Below, one piece after another: positions 38,830 to 49,027 of a DNA stretch of 64,000 nucleotides; position 1 is the first letter of the stretch; the number at the start of each line of letters is the position of its first letter. The notes beneath the pieces are model-generated. The model did not search any database. It was not told where the DNA came from and was given only the letters and a program-made list of their open reading frames with translations. A program made the translations under genes and the position numbers. The DNA lies in assembly GCA_963677595.1 (NCBI GenBank), contig OY782041.1:3872001-3936000 (forward strand), written 5' to 3'. This DNA is from Spirochaetia bacterium. GTDB lineage: Bacteria > Spirochaetota > Spirochaetia > CAKZLE01.

Positions 38830-39780
38830 TCAGCCTATCTGGATCTTCCTGGCATCCGTGTTGATCGACATCACGACGATGATCAGGATGACGCCATTCA
38901 CGACAGCTTCGGTCCAGAACGGGGCTCCCATGATGCTGATGCCGTTGAAGGTGATGCCGAGCATGATGAGCGATGCAACCATTCCCGGCACATTGTACCG
39001 TCCCGTGGTATGGGTCGTGATGCTGAAGAAGACGACCGCAAGACCCGGCAGCAGGTAGGATGGGCCGGTATCTGGATAGGCGTTACCGGTCCTCGCGAGC
39101 GTGATCAGTCCGCCGACCCCGATATAGAAGGAGGCCAGGACGAAGGCCGCGAACCTGACCAGTTTTGTCTTGATACCGGCGAGGTAGGCCACCCGCTCTG
39201 AGAGGCCGACCGCATAGATGTGCTTACCCAGCGGGGTATGTTCCATGATGTAGTAGAGGCTTGCGGCACAGATGAAGAAGATCCATACTGTGATGTTCAG
39301 GTTGAGGAACTTCACCCGGAACATCGACAGGACTGCATCCGGAACAACGCCGTTGATGGCAGAGCCGTTGTTCATACTCAGGCTGATACCGTAGAAGATG
39401 GTCCCGACTCCCAGCGTCGAGATGGTTGACGGTACTTTCAGGACGACATTGATGATCCCGTTCACGGCACCCAAGGCCACGGCGAAGAGGATCATGGCAG
39501 CGAACGCCAGCCCGATCGGTAAGCCGCTCTCGGCCAGCCGCGCCCCGAACATGATCGTGAGCCCGAGCATGTAGCCAAGCGAGATATCGAACTCACCGAC
39601 TGCCAGCGGGATCATGGCGCCGAGGGCGAAGAAGCCTACGATGACCTGCCCTGTTGCGAGCATGTTGATATTCCTCCAGCTTAAGAAGAATTCCGACAGG
39701 AAGGAGAAGAGCACCATGAGCAGCAGACTGACTCCGATGACACCATAGTTCTTTAGGATATGAAATTTTGAGGTAATCAT
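38830..39780 (-). CDS. Sugar ABC transporter permease (RbsC type), operon 1
   Basis: GEFDIS, PSTISTLG, TPLGKHIYAVG...AYLAGI; ATGA overlap with ATPase stop. Confidence 0.92.
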   Translation of the reverse strand: MITSKFHILKNYGVIGVSLLLMVLFSFLSEFFLSWRNINMLATGQVIVGFFALGAMIPLAVGEFDISLGYMLGLTIMFGARLAESGLPIGLAFAAMILFAVALGAVNGIINVVLKVPSTISTLGVGTIFYGISLSMNNGSAINGVVPDAVLSMFRVKFLNLNITVWIFFICAASLYYIMEHTPLGKHIYAVGLSERVAYLAGIKTKLVRFAAFVLASFYIGVGGLITLARTGNAYPDTGPSYLLPGLAVVFFSITTHTTGRYNVPGMVASLIMLGITFNGISIMGAPFWTEAVVNGVILIIVVMSINTDARKIQIG

Positions 39781-41333
39781 GCGTAACACCACCTTGCAAC
39801 AGATTCTCGGGTAAGGGAGCCATCCTCATGGGTCAGCTCGGCAGCAATCTTTCCATGCTGCAGTACGATAACGCGGGTACAGATAAGAGCGAGCTGCTCA
39901 GGTTCTGTCGAGAAGATGACCACGCCGACATGGTTCTCCGAGGCACTCTTGATCGCCTCGAACACGGTGATCCTCGAAGCCGGGTCCACACCGTAGGTCG
40001 GGTCATCGAGAACGAAGACTGAAGGCGACAGGGAGAGCCACTTCGCGAGGATCGCCTTCTGCTGGTTACCCCCGGAGAACTTCCCGAACTTCATGTTCAT
40101 ATCGTGCCCTGGGTTCACATCGAAGACGTTGATACAGGTCTTCATGACCTTCTTAGCAAGTTTCCTGTTGTGCCAGAACTTTATCTCGTTGGGCATCAGC
40201 ATGTTGTCCCGCAGTGAACAGGACATGATGCCGCCGTTTCGGATCCGGTCACAGGGGAGCATGTTGAGTCCCTGTTTGTACAGAGTCCTCGGGGAAGTGC
40301 TCATCGGCATCTCATGGCCATTCACGACGAAGTCACCGGACTTGCGCTGCATCATCCCGCCTAACAGTGACGGAAGTTCACCTACCCCGCTGTCCCCGAG
40401 TCCGACGAACCCGATGATCTCATTGTTCTTGACCGTGAAGCTCAGTCCGTCGATGTTCTTCGCCTGGACATCTTTGAACTCAAGGACCGTCTTCACGACA
40501 TCTTCATGGGGCTTGCGGTCGAGCATCTTCCAGATATCGACGAGATCGAGCTCCTCATCAGCAGCTTTCAGCTCATCGGCGGTATCATCATGCTTCTTGA
40601 GCATATTGGCGATGACGACCTCCTCGGTCGCTTCCTCTGAGAGGCCGCTGAAGACGACCTTCCCGCCGTTGAGGATCGTGACATCATCACAGATCTTCTT
40701 GATCTCCTTGAGGCGGTGGGTGACGGTTATGACCGGGATCCCCATGTCTGCGATCTTGCGGACATGCTCGAGGAAGAACTCTGCCTCTGCCTCAGGGATC
40801 GAGGCATCGGCCTCGTCAAGGATGAGGGCTTTCGTACGCTTGAGTTCCTCGCCCTTCCCGATTGCGATCGCCATGGCGATCATGTTCCGTTCCGATGCCT
40901 TCAGGTTTGTGGTCAGGGTCTTCGGGCTGATCCCGATGTTGAACACCTCGAAGAGTTCGGTGACGTAATCATAGACATGCTTCCAGTCTATGTTGCCGAA
41001 CCGGTTCTTGGGATAACCCTTGAACAGGGCCACACATTCCGCGATGGTGAACGTATCGATCAGGGGGGTCTCCTGGTGGACGACCCGGATCCCCAGGTCA
41101 TATGCCACGCTCGGGTTCTCGATCCTGCCGAGGACCGTCCCGTCGATGTTTATCTCTGAACCGCAGTCCCGGTCCGGCTGGTATACCCCGGTGAGGAATT
41201 TCACCAGGGTGGACTTCCCGCTGCCGTTGGCCCCAAGGACTGCATGCACCCTGTTCGGCTTGAACTCGACACTCACATCATCGAGGGCCTTCACACCGGG
41301 AAATGAAACTGATATATGGTTAGCTGTTAGCAT
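39777..41333 (-). CDS. Sugar ABC transporter ATP-binding protein (CUT2, two NBDs), operon 1
   Basis: FPGVKALD, GANGSGKS, FSGGNQQK, LDDPTYGVD. Confidence 0.94.
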   Translation of the reverse strand: MLTANHISVSFPGVKALDDVSVEFKPNRVHAVLGANGSGKSTLVKFLTGVYQPDRDCGSEINIDGTVLGRIENPSVAYDLGIRVVHQETPLIDTFTIAECVALFKGYPKNRFGNIDWKHVYDYVTELFEVFNIGISPKTLTTNLKASERNMIAMAIAIGKGEELKRTKALILDEADASIPEAEAEFFLEHVRKIADMGIPVITVTHRLKEIKKICDDVTILNGGKVVFSGLSEEATEEVVIANMLKKHDDTADELKAADEELDLVDIWKMLDRKPHEDVVKTVLEFKDVQAKNIDGLSFTVKNNEIIGFVGLGDSGVGELPSLLGGMMQRKSGDFVVNGHEMPMSTSPRTLYKQGLNMLPCDRIRNGGIMSCSLRDNMLMPNEIKFWHNRKLAKKVMKTCINVFDVNPGHDMNMKFGKFSGGNQQKAILAKWLSLSPSVFVLDDPTYGVDPASRITVFEAIKSASENHVGVVIFSTEPEQLALICTRVIVLQHGKIAAELTHEDGSLTRESVARWCYA

Positions 41334-41378
41334 GTCATCCCCTTTCTCACTTCTTCGTTACACATGAGTATCACTATC

Positions 41379-42356
41379 TTATTCATCAGCCTTGTCCTTG
41401 TTTTGGTCAAGTTTGTTCGCAAGGAGCATGGCAACGACAAGGATGACACCTTCATAGATGTAGCTCGCCCATGGCGGTGCACCGACGATGGTCATGCCGT
41501 TACTGCCGATCCCCACGAAGAGGATGGCAAGGATGAGGCCGCCAATATTGAAGTACCCGGGCTTGAAGGAGATCTTGCTTAAGAATACGATCGCATAGGC
41601 CGGAAGCAGTACGGAGTGTCCGTACGCAGCACTTGCAGCACCCAGTTTCCCAAGCAGGAGGAATGCACCGATCGCGGTGAAGAAACCTGCTGCCGAGAAT
41701 GCGAAGATCCTTACGTAATTCGTCTTGATCCCAGCCAGGAATGAAGCTTTTTCTGAACTTCCCACAGAATAGAGCTTCCTGCCTAGCGGTCTGTGATTCA
41801 ACAGAAAATAGACGACCAAACATAAGAACAGCCAGAAGACGACTGAATACCCGATCTGTCCCCATCTGCCCTGGGCAAATGTACTGATTGCTCTCGGGAT
41901 CCCATGATTGAGCACCATACCGCCGCTCACTGCCTGGGTCAGACCGGAAAGGGTCAACCCGACACTCAGAGTGACGATGAAAGAGCTGATGCTGAACTTC
42001 ACGGCGATGATCCCGTTGATGAACCCCGACAGGGTACCGGCTGCGATCATGACCAGGACGAGAACGAGTGCGCTGTTTACGCCGTTCTCGGCTAGTTTCG
42101 CACCGAGCACCATGCAGAAGGATGTCAGGTAGCCTAACGAGAGGTCGAACTCACCCACTACGAGTATGAACATCGCACCAAGGGCCACACAGCCTATGGT
42201 AACCTGGGTGATGAGGATGTTGCCGAAGTTCTGCATACTGAAGAACGTATCAGAAAGGGCACTGAACACTGCTATGATGACTAGCAGCAGGAACACCATC
42301 CCGTATTTGTAGAATAGAGTCTTGATATCGAAGGACCCAGCATTATTTTCTCGCAT
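41379..42356 (-). CDS. Sugar ABC transporter permease, operon 1
   Basis: GEFDLS, SSFIVTL, LGRKLYSVG..ASFLAGI. Confidence 0.92.
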   Translation of the reverse strand: MRENNAGSFDIKTLFYKYGMVFLLLVIIAVFSALSDTFFSMQNFGNILITQVTIGCVALGAMFILVVGEFDLSLGYLTSFCMVLGAKLAENGVNSALVLVLVMIAAGTLSGFINGIIAVKFSISSFIVTLSVGLTLSGLTQAVSGGMVLNHGIPRAISTFAQGRWGQIGYSVVFWLFLCLVVYFLLNHRPLGRKLYSVGSSEKASFLAGIKTNYVRIFAFSAAGFFTAIGAFLLLGKLGAASAAYGHSVLLPAYAIVFLSKISFKPGYFNIGGLILAILFVGIGSNGMTIVGAPPWASYIYEGVILVVAMLLANKLDQNKDKADE

Positions 42357-42376
42357 ACACTAAACACTCCAAATAT

Positions 42377-42404
42377 AAGATGAGAGGCTTTCGCCTCTCA
42401 TCTT
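42377..42404 (-). terminator. Stem-loop after SBP gene 1 (GAAA tetraloop on mRNA)
   Basis: Perfect 12-bp stem AAGATGAGAGGC-tttc-GCCTCTCATCTT. Confidence 0.7.
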
Positions 42405-42424
42405 GTAATCTTATCTAAACTCTA

Positions 42425-43537
42425 TCAATCCCAGAGCGCGTAGAATGCACTCTTATAATCATAGGCCGGGGTCCAAGCCTCACCCTCCGGCGGGAGCAGT
42501 GACTTGTCGACGATCGCCATCGGGAGGTTCTCGTTGTGCGGGGTGATCAGCGGCTGCCCGTTGAGGACTCGAATTGCCTGATCAACTTCAGCGTACCCGA
42601 GGTAGGTCGAATCATAGGCTGCTGTACCAGCTGCTATGGGAGATCTCTTGATGAGTGACATCATCTCAGTCGTACCGAGCACACTAACGACCTTCACCTC
42701 AGTGAGGTCAGCTGCTTCGAGTGCAGCGATAGGGCCGAGGGCTGCCGGATCAAACGGGATGAACACATAATCGACCTGCGGGTGTGACATGACATACCCG
42801 GTTACCATCCTGTTGAGGGTATCGCCGAGCTGGTCAAAGCTGAAGACCTGGGGTTTCGGGTCGAAGGTGATGTTCCGTGCTGTCAGTTCATCGATGAGTC
42901 CTTCCTCGAACAGGTCTACTGATGGGAGACCGGGGCAGGAGAAGATCACGACATTAGCCTTGCCGTTGGAATCCTCATCCATCCATGCTGCCATGGTCTG
43001 TCCGAGACCATAATAATACGGACCGACATCATAGAGGAAGTTCAGGTTCCCTGCACCAACATCAAGGATCGGGTTCGGGTCATCTGTACCGCTCGAACCG
43101 CTGACGATAGGGATACCAGCAGTCTTCGCAGCATTCAAGCCTTCCTGGAAGCTTCGCGGGTCAAGGGAAATAGTCATGATGACATCCGCATTCCATGCTA
43201 TCGCATTCAGGATAGCCTTGTTCCCTCCCTCCGGAGTTCCCCTTCCATCAAAGATCTGGACATCCCAGTCATATCGTTCGCCGATCTCGACCATGGCATC
43301 GCCAGGGACGATACAACCGGAAAGTGAAGCCATTGCTGGAACAATTGCTACCTTGATACCCCTTGGAGCTTTTGCCTTGACTGTGGGTCCTGGGAACCCT
43401 TCAGTCGTCTTCGCCGGGGCTGCTGCCTGTACTTCAGCCTTCGTATCAGCTGCTTTTTCCTGCTGGCCGCCTGCCATCACGGAAAAACTGACCAGCATGA
43501 TCAGCAAGATTGCCAGAATCCTCTTACATCTCAACAT
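42425..43537 (-). CDS. Sugar ABC transporter substrate-binding protein, operon 1
   Basis: Signal MLRCKRILAILL...MAGGQQE from ATG 43537 (GAGGAGG RBS); periplasmic type I motifs (FDGRG, AGIPIV, PFDPAA). Confidence 0.9.
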   Translation of the reverse strand: MLRCKRILAILLIMLVSFSVMAGGQQEKAADTKAEVQAAAPAKTTEGFPGPTVKAKAPRGIKVAIVPAMASLSGCIVPGDAMVEIGERYDWDVQIFDGRGTPEGGNKAILNAIAWNADVIMTISLDPRSFQEGLNAAKTAGIPIVSGSSGTDDPNPILDVGAGNLNFLYDVGPYYYGLGQTMAAWMDEDSNGKANVVIFSCPGLPSVDLFEEGLIDELTARNITFDPKPQVFSFDQLGDTLNRMVTGYVMSHPQVDYVFIPFDPAALGPIAALEAADLTEVKVVSVLGTTEMMSLIKRSPIAAGTAAYDSTYLGYAEVDQAIRVLNGQPLITPHNENLPMAIVDKSLLPPEGEAWTPAYDYKSAFYALWD

Positions 43538-43702
43538 TTGAGACCTCCTCTTTTTTAACTTCATTATGTAAGGCAAACGCTTACTAATTAAAGCCATTCT
43601 TATGATACCACACTCATCAGGAGAACAATACTATAAGAAATACGATCAGACCTACTCTTCAGTATGACCGAATCATGTAACAATCAGCTTTATTGCTCTT
43701 TC

Positions 43703-43746
43703 TGATTAGTTATGAACATTTTACATCCACATATGTACGCTGTCAA
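43703..43746 (-). promoter_or_regulatory. sigma70 promoter of ABC operon 1 with operator-like motif at +1
   Basis: TTGACA-17-TAAAAT overlapped by AATGTTCATAACTAATCA. Confidence 0.75.
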
Positions 43747-43864
43747 GGAATTGTTTTTATCAAAATAGTTTACATTTATGCTAATAATGACCTACTTTTC
43801 TGTTCTTTCCTGTTCATACAATGGGTATCACTCACTCCTGTTCATAGGAGTTTGGATGATATAG

Positions 43865-43901
43865 AAAAAAAAAGCAGGTTCAACGTATGAACCCGCTCTT
43901 T
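43865..43901 (-). terminator. Terminator of ABC operon 2-PTE-VOC transcript
   Basis: GCGGGTTCA-tacgt-TGAACCTGC followed by T9 on minus strand. Confidence 0.75.
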
Positions 43902-43937
43902 CATATATAAGTCTCTTCCAAAAGGTAACTGTATTCC

Positions 43938-44474
43938 CTATTTCAGCTCCAGACCTACCTTCTCATCGACGAAATCAGGGTTGAATACTTTAGCCAGGGG
44001 TCCCACGACCGTATCACCGCATTCGAACATGACTCCTAGCTGTTCACGAACGTCATAGAATTTACAGGTCTTACCCTGGGCTGACGCATCAAGCATGACT
44101 GGTATACCATTCTCCTCCATCGCCTCACTGAACCCGTCACGGTCTTCCAGCAGAACGTTCACATGATGGATCCCGGGGCCGTGTTCCCGCAGCCAGGTCG
44201 CATACATATCATCCCCATCCTTGTCGAGCGGTTCGATGATCTCGAAATCAAGGCCGCCCATGTCGAACCGTACGATATTGATCCAGAGTTCTGACTCCTC
44301 CCCATAGTATTTTGGGTTCTCGTACTTGCCTACTGCAGCCAGATCCCTGGTATTCTTCTGAATGATGGTAGACTCATCTATATTGAAATATTTCTGCCAT
44401 TGTGCAAGTGTGGCCTTAGCGTCCCGGACGCAAACGCCGACTTGGAACATACTCTTCATATTTGTCTTCTTCAT
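43938..44474 (-). CDS. VOC family protein (methylmalonyl-CoA epimerase/glyoxalase-like)
   Basis: FQVGVCVRD, FEIIEPL, HGPGIHHV, GVMFE metal ligands; start 44474 with GGAGG RBS (alternative 44486). Confidence 0.85.
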   Translation of the reverse strand: MKKTNMKSMFQVGVCVRDAKATLAQWQKYFNIDESTIIQKNTRDLAAVGKYENPKYYGEESELWINIVRFDMGGLDFEIIEPLDKDGDDMYATWLREHGPGIHHVNVLLEDRDGFSEAMEENGIPVMLDASAQGKTCKFYDVREQLGVMFECGDTVVGPLAKVFNPDFVDEKVGLELK

Positions 44475-44515
44475 CTCTTCCTCCATATACGACTGTTTGG
44501 TTTCTGCTGTATTGT

Positions 44516-45481
44516 TCAGCAGCCCTCGAAGAACCGTCTTGGGTTCTCATAGCAGATCTTGTTGAGCACGGTTTCATCGACGCCCATTTCGAGCAGTTTG
44601 ACGATCACGTAGTCCTTGATGAACAGCCAGTGTTGGGGAGCAAGGGATTCGATGAACTCGAGTTCCTCAGGGCTCTTCGTGTTCCACATGGTGGATAAGA
44701 CACCGGTATCATGTGAGAGGAGCATCTGGTCAGCCATCCCGGCATCTATCATCTGCTTGACCATCTTGATCCGTGTCTCCGTGGCAACACCGTGCTCATG
44801 GGGAAGGTGCAGACACGGCAGCCGTTCCACTCCCAACCAGACGCCCTGGTCTGCGATCCACTTGATATAGTCCAGATCGGTGGTCTCGAGGCAGTGGTCG
44901 ACCTTCACGCGGTTCATGTCGATCCCCTCTGCCTTGAGGAACTCGAGCTGGAACCGTGCAGTCTGCTTGAATGCCAGGGTATGCATGAATACCGGGGTAC
45001 CCGTCTCATTCGAGGCGATCGCCGCGGCCCGGTGCTGGATCTCCCGTCCCTTCGTGGGGCCTTCCATATCCATGACACCCTTGATCATACCTGCTTTGAT
45101 ATCAGTACCTGACATACCCTTCTTCAGGTCCTTGATCATGCAGGCAGCCAGGTCATCGGGAGTATAGTTCCCGAGCATGGGACTTAAGTCCATGAAAAAA
45201 CCCGTGGTCGCCACGATGTTCATCCCCGATTTTTCAGCCAGTTCCTTCAGGGTCCTCGGGTCCCGTCCCAGGTCATACGGAGCTGTATCGACGATCAGCT
45301 CGATACCATTTGCCTTCAGGTCCTTAAGATCCTTCAGGGCTTTCTCATAATACCCTTTTACATAGAGTTCAGGATAGTTTTCCGGGATGCCAGCTGCTGA
45401 AGCGACGACATGCTCATGCATGAGGGAGAACCCTATCTTCGAGGTCTCAAGCGGACCGGTCACTGTCTGTACATATTTCAT
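44516..45481 (-). CDS. Phosphotriesterase-like lactonase (PTE family), copy 2
   Basis: SLMHEH, GMIKG, FMHT, VDH, LSHD; colinear with 32953-33918. Confidence 0.9.
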   Translation of the reverse strand: MKYVQTVTGPLETSKIGFSLMHEHVVASAAGIPENYPELYVKGYYEKALKDLKDLKANGIELIVDTAPYDLGRDPRTLKELAEKSGMNIVATTGFFMDLSPMLGNYTPDDLAACMIKDLKKGMSGTDIKAGMIKGVMDMEGPTKGREIQHRAAAIASNETGTPVFMHTLAFKQTARFQLEFLKAEGIDMNRVKVDHCLETTDLDYIKWIADQGVWLGVERLPCLHLPHEHGVATETRIKMVKQMIDAGMADQMLLSHDTGVLSTMWNTKSPEELEFIESLAPQHWLFIKDYVIVKLLEMGVDETVLNKICYENPRRFFEGC

Positions 45482-45508
45482 TGGTGTTACTCCTTATATA
45501 TTTGTTCG

Positions 45509-46459
45509 TTAGCCTGAGAGCGCCGCTCTCGCATTCTTCCCGTTCGTCAGGACGACTCCGAGGATCACGATGCCATTCATCACGTTCTCGAACCAGAAGG
45601 GGGCACCCATCAGTCCTGCAATATTGTAGACGACTCCCAAAAGCAACAGCCCCACTAACATACCGGGAATGTTGTACCTTCCAATTCGATGTGTCGTAAT
45701 ACTCAAGAAAGTGACTGCCAGACACGGCATCAGATACATAGGACCGGTAGTGATATATGCATTACCGCTCTGTGCAATGAGCAATGCACCTGCTACACCG
45801 ACACTTGCCCCTCCGAAGGTGAATGCGAGAAACTTCACGAGTTTCGTCCGAATTCCTGCAAGATGCGATACTCTCTTTGAGAACCCGACTGCATATATCT
45901 GCCCGCCAAGAGGAGTGAACTCAAGCAGCCAATAAGCGAGAATTACTACTACAAAGAAGGCCCAGATACAGGGATTGAATCCAAAATATTTAGCTTTGAA
46001 CATTTTCGTGACTACTTTTGGCATTACAGATGTGATACTCAAAGAGTTGTTCGTCCAGCTGCTTATACCGTACATAACCATTCCAGAGCCTAGCGTCGAG
46101 ATGGTAGAAGGTATTTTGATCACCATGGTAAGCAGTCCATTCATGGCGCCGAACACCACCCCGGAAAGAAGAGCAACGAGTATGATCACAACAGGATCAG
46201 CGCCCATCTTCCCGACTTTCGCCGCGATCATGACAGTCGCACCGAGCATATAGCCTACGGAGATGTCCATTTCGCCTGATGACATGATGATGACCATCGC
46301 TATCGCCAGGAACCCTACGGTGACACGTCCAAGGAGCATCGTCCTGATGTTCTGAAGTGACAGGAAGGCACTATTCCAGACCCCTCCAAATATAACTGCA
46401 ATTATGAGAATAATTAAGAGTCCATAATTTGAAACGATTTTTTTTTGTAGTTTCATCAT
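45509..46459 (-). CDS. Sugar ABC transporter permease, operon 2
   Basis: Paralogue of 38830-39780 (PSTISTLG, TPLG.QIYAVG, FLSITTH); ATGA overlap. Confidence 0.92.
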   Translation of the reverse strand: MMKLQKKIVSNYGLLIILIIAVIFGGVWNSAFLSLQNIRTMLLGRVTVGFLAIAMVIIMSSGEMDISVGYMLGATVMIAAKVGKMGADPVVIILVALLSGVVFGAMNGLLTMVIKIPSTISTLGSGMVMYGISSWTNNSLSITSVMPKVVTKMFKAKYFGFNPCIWAFFVVVILAYWLLEFTPLGGQIYAVGFSKRVSHLAGIRTKLVKFLAFTFGGASVGVAGALLIAQSGNAYITTGPMYLMPCLAVTFLSITTHRIGRYNIPGMLVGLLLLGVVYNIAGLMGAPFWFENVMNGIVILGVVLTNGKNARAALSG

Positions 46460-48009
46460 AGGTAGCACCACCTTGCGATTTCCTGTCTAGTCAATAAACC
46501 GTTTTCAGGTGTTAGCTCTGCCTTAATCTCTCCATTATGCAGAGCGATCATCCTTGTGCAGATATTCACCAGCTGTTCCGGTTCTGTTGAGAAAATGACC
46601 ATCGCCACTTGTTTATCGGCAGCTTCTTTGATCGCTTCGAAGATCCTGATTCTTGAGGCAGGATCGACTCCGTATGTAGGATCATCAAGAACGAATACTT
46701 TCGGACAAGTCGAGAGCCATTTTGCCATGATGGCTTTTTGCTGATTCCCGCCGGAGAACTTCCCAAAGAGCATGGAGTAGTTGTTACCAGGATGTATATC
46801 GAAGATATCAACGCACATCGCCATAGTTTTCTTTGCCAGCTTACTCTTGTTCCAATATTGTATGAGATTAGGCAGTAATAAATTCTCCTGTAATGTACAT
46901 GACATAATGCATCCCCTAGTCGGCCTATCGCTCGGGAGCACACTTACCCCGGATTGATATGCCTTGCGGGGACTGAGGCTCTTCGGGAGCACTTTGTTTT
47001 CTACCATATACGTCCCGCTCTCAATCTCTAAATCTCCACCAAGAACCATTGGCAATTCTTTTACACCGCTGTCCGGATTTCCGATGATGCCAAGAATCTC
47101 CCCGCTCCGAACGGTAAAGGAAACATCATTCAGTCCTTTTGCAACAAGATGCTGCAGCTCGAGAATCGAAGAAGTTTTTTTTGGAGGTTGCTTATCGAGC
47201 AACTTCCACAAATCCTCCATGGAAAAGGTAGTCTGTTCTTCTCCGATCTTGATATCAACATCATTTCCTTGTCGGATCATTTTTGAGATGATGAAATTCT
47301 CATTGACATCATCTTTCAATCCAGTGAATACCAGTTTCCCACCATTGAGGATCGATATATCATCACAGTAGCTCATCACTTCTTTCATTCGGTGTGTTAC
47401 CATGACGACCGGTATGCCAAGATTAGCAACATAATGCACTCTTTGGAGAAAACTCTCTGTCTCGGATTCGGGTATCGATGCATCAGCTTCATCAAGAACA
47501 AGGAGTTTCGTAGATTTCATCTCCTCCTCATTGCCCATTGCCATAGCCATCGCTATCATGTTTCTGTCTGCAGCAGTTAGATCATCAGTAAGCATCTGTG
47601 GGTCTACCTTGATGTTATACAACTCGAGCAGTTCGTTGATATAGGAATTGACCCGTTTCCAATCGATTCTGAAACCCTTTTTGGGAAACCCTTTGAATAG
47701 CGCAACGCATTCAGCTACTGTGAACGTATTCAGTAGGGGGCTTTCCTGATGGACTACCCGAACGCCAAGGCTGTCTGCCTGGCGAGGGGTTAGAATATCA
47801 CTAACTATATTTCCATTAAAATCTATACTGGCATTACAATTCTTATCAGGGTGATAGTTCCCGGTAAGGACCTTTACTAAGGTCGATTTTCCGCTCCCAT
47901 TTGCCCCGAGGACCGCATGGATCCTGTTCTCTTCAAACCGGAAACTGGCATCTGATAAAGCCTTAACACCGGGGAATGAAACGGATATATTCTTAGCTAT
48001 AATAGGCAT
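46456..48009 (-). CDS. Sugar ABC transporter ATP-binding protein, operon 2
   Basis: GANGSGKS, LDEADASIPE, FSGGNQQK, LDDPTYGVD, C-terminal ARWCY. Confidence 0.94.
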   Translation of the reverse strand: MPIIAKNISVSFPGVKALSDASFRFEENRIHAVLGANGSGKSTLVKVLTGNYHPDKNCNASIDFNGNIVSDILTPRQADSLGVRVVHQESPLLNTFTVAECVALFKGFPKKGFRIDWKRVNSYINELLELYNIKVDPQMLTDDLTAADRNMIAMAMAMGNEEEMKSTKLLVLDEADASIPESETESFLQRVHYVANLGIPVVMVTHRMKEVMSYCDDISILNGGKLVFTGLKDDVNENFIISKMIRQGNDVDIKIGEEQTTFSMEDLWKLLDKQPPKKTSSILELQHLVAKGLNDVSFTVRSGEILGIIGNPDSGVKELPMVLGGDLEIESGTYMVENKVLPKSLSPRKAYQSGVSVLPSDRPTRGCIMSCTLQENLLLPNLIQYWNKSKLAKKTMAMCVDIFDIHPGNNYSMLFGKFSGGNQQKAIMAKWLSTCPKVFVLDDPTYGVDPASRIRIFEAIKEAADKQVAMVIFSTEPEQLVNICTRMIALHNGEIKAELTPENGLLTRQEIARWCYL

Positions 48010-48035
48010 TTTTCTTCTCCCTTTTCCCAGTACAT

Positions 48036-48992
48036 CTATTTGATTTCAATAGGAGATACCCGCTGAGACAACCACATGGAAAACATCAGGATAAGACCGC
48101 TGAAGATGTTTTCACTCCACGTAGGGGCACCTGCCATCTGTATACCATTGACTCCGACGGTTATTAATGCAACTGACAGTACCAGTCCCGGCACATTGAT
48201 ATATCCTGGTTTAAAAACTGCTTTGCTCAAAAACACCGTCGCATATGCAGGAAGTAGTAAAGAAGTCCCATAACCGGAGCTTGCTGCACCTAACTGACCT
48301 AGAAGTATGATTCCGGCAATAGATGCGAAGAATCCAGCGCTTGTGAATGCGAAGATACGAACATATGCTGTCTTGATCCCAGCGAGGAACGCAATCTTCT
48401 CTGAAGTCCCAACTGCATACATCTGACGCCCAATGGGGGTTTGGGTGAATAGCAAATGAAGTCCTATTGCAGCAACTATGAAAAACAGTACACAGTAACC
48501 CAGATGCCCGAAACCATCACGCGTGAATGCCAGCAGCCAAGCCGGGGAATCAATGTAAATATTGCCGCTGTTGGTAATCGCCTGTGCCAATCCCGATAGT
48601 GTCATACCCACTGCCAGGGTCACGATAAATGAACTTATCTTCATATGTACAACGATAAGTCCGTTAATCAGTCCTGCAGTAATCCCGCATAGTATCGGAA
48701 TTATCACTATCAAAGCACTGTTTACTCCAAGATTTTCAAGATATGCAGCAATTACCATGGTGAAGGTTAGATTGAACCCTATTGAGAGATCGAACTCCCC
48801 GGTTACGATGATGAACAAGCCGGCAAGAGAAAGAACTGCACTTGCCATCTTGGTCAGAAACATATTACCGAAATTCATGGTTGTTAAAAACGTATCTGAT
48901 ATCAATCCGAATACCAACAACAATGCAGCGAAAACAATAATCATGCTGAATCTGCTGATAAGCTCGGAGATCTTTGTTGTTTTTGTTGTCAT
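48036..48992 (-). CDS. Sugar ABC transporter permease, operon 2
   Basis: Paralogue of 41379-42356 (GEFDLS, SSFIVTL, LLPAYA.VFLSK..FKPGY); start 48992 with GGAGG RBS. Confidence 0.92.
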   Translation of the reverse strand: MTTKTTKISELISRFSMIIVFAALLLVFGLISDTFLTTMNFGNMFLTKMASAVLSLAGLFIIVTGEFDLSIGFNLTFTMVIAAYLENLGVNSALIVIIPILCGITAGLINGLIVVHMKISSFIVTLAVGMTLSGLAQAITNSGNIYIDSPAWLLAFTRDGFGHLGYCVLFFIVAAIGLHLLFTQTPIGRQMYAVGTSEKIAFLAGIKTAYVRIFAFTSAGFFASIAGIILLGQLGAASSGYGTSLLLPAYATVFLSKAVFKPGYINVPGLVLSVALITVGVNGIQMAGAPTWSENIFSGLILMFSMWLSQRVSPIEIK

Positions 48993-49027
48993 TGAAATCA
49001 GCCTCCATTCCATTGATTTCAAGAATA

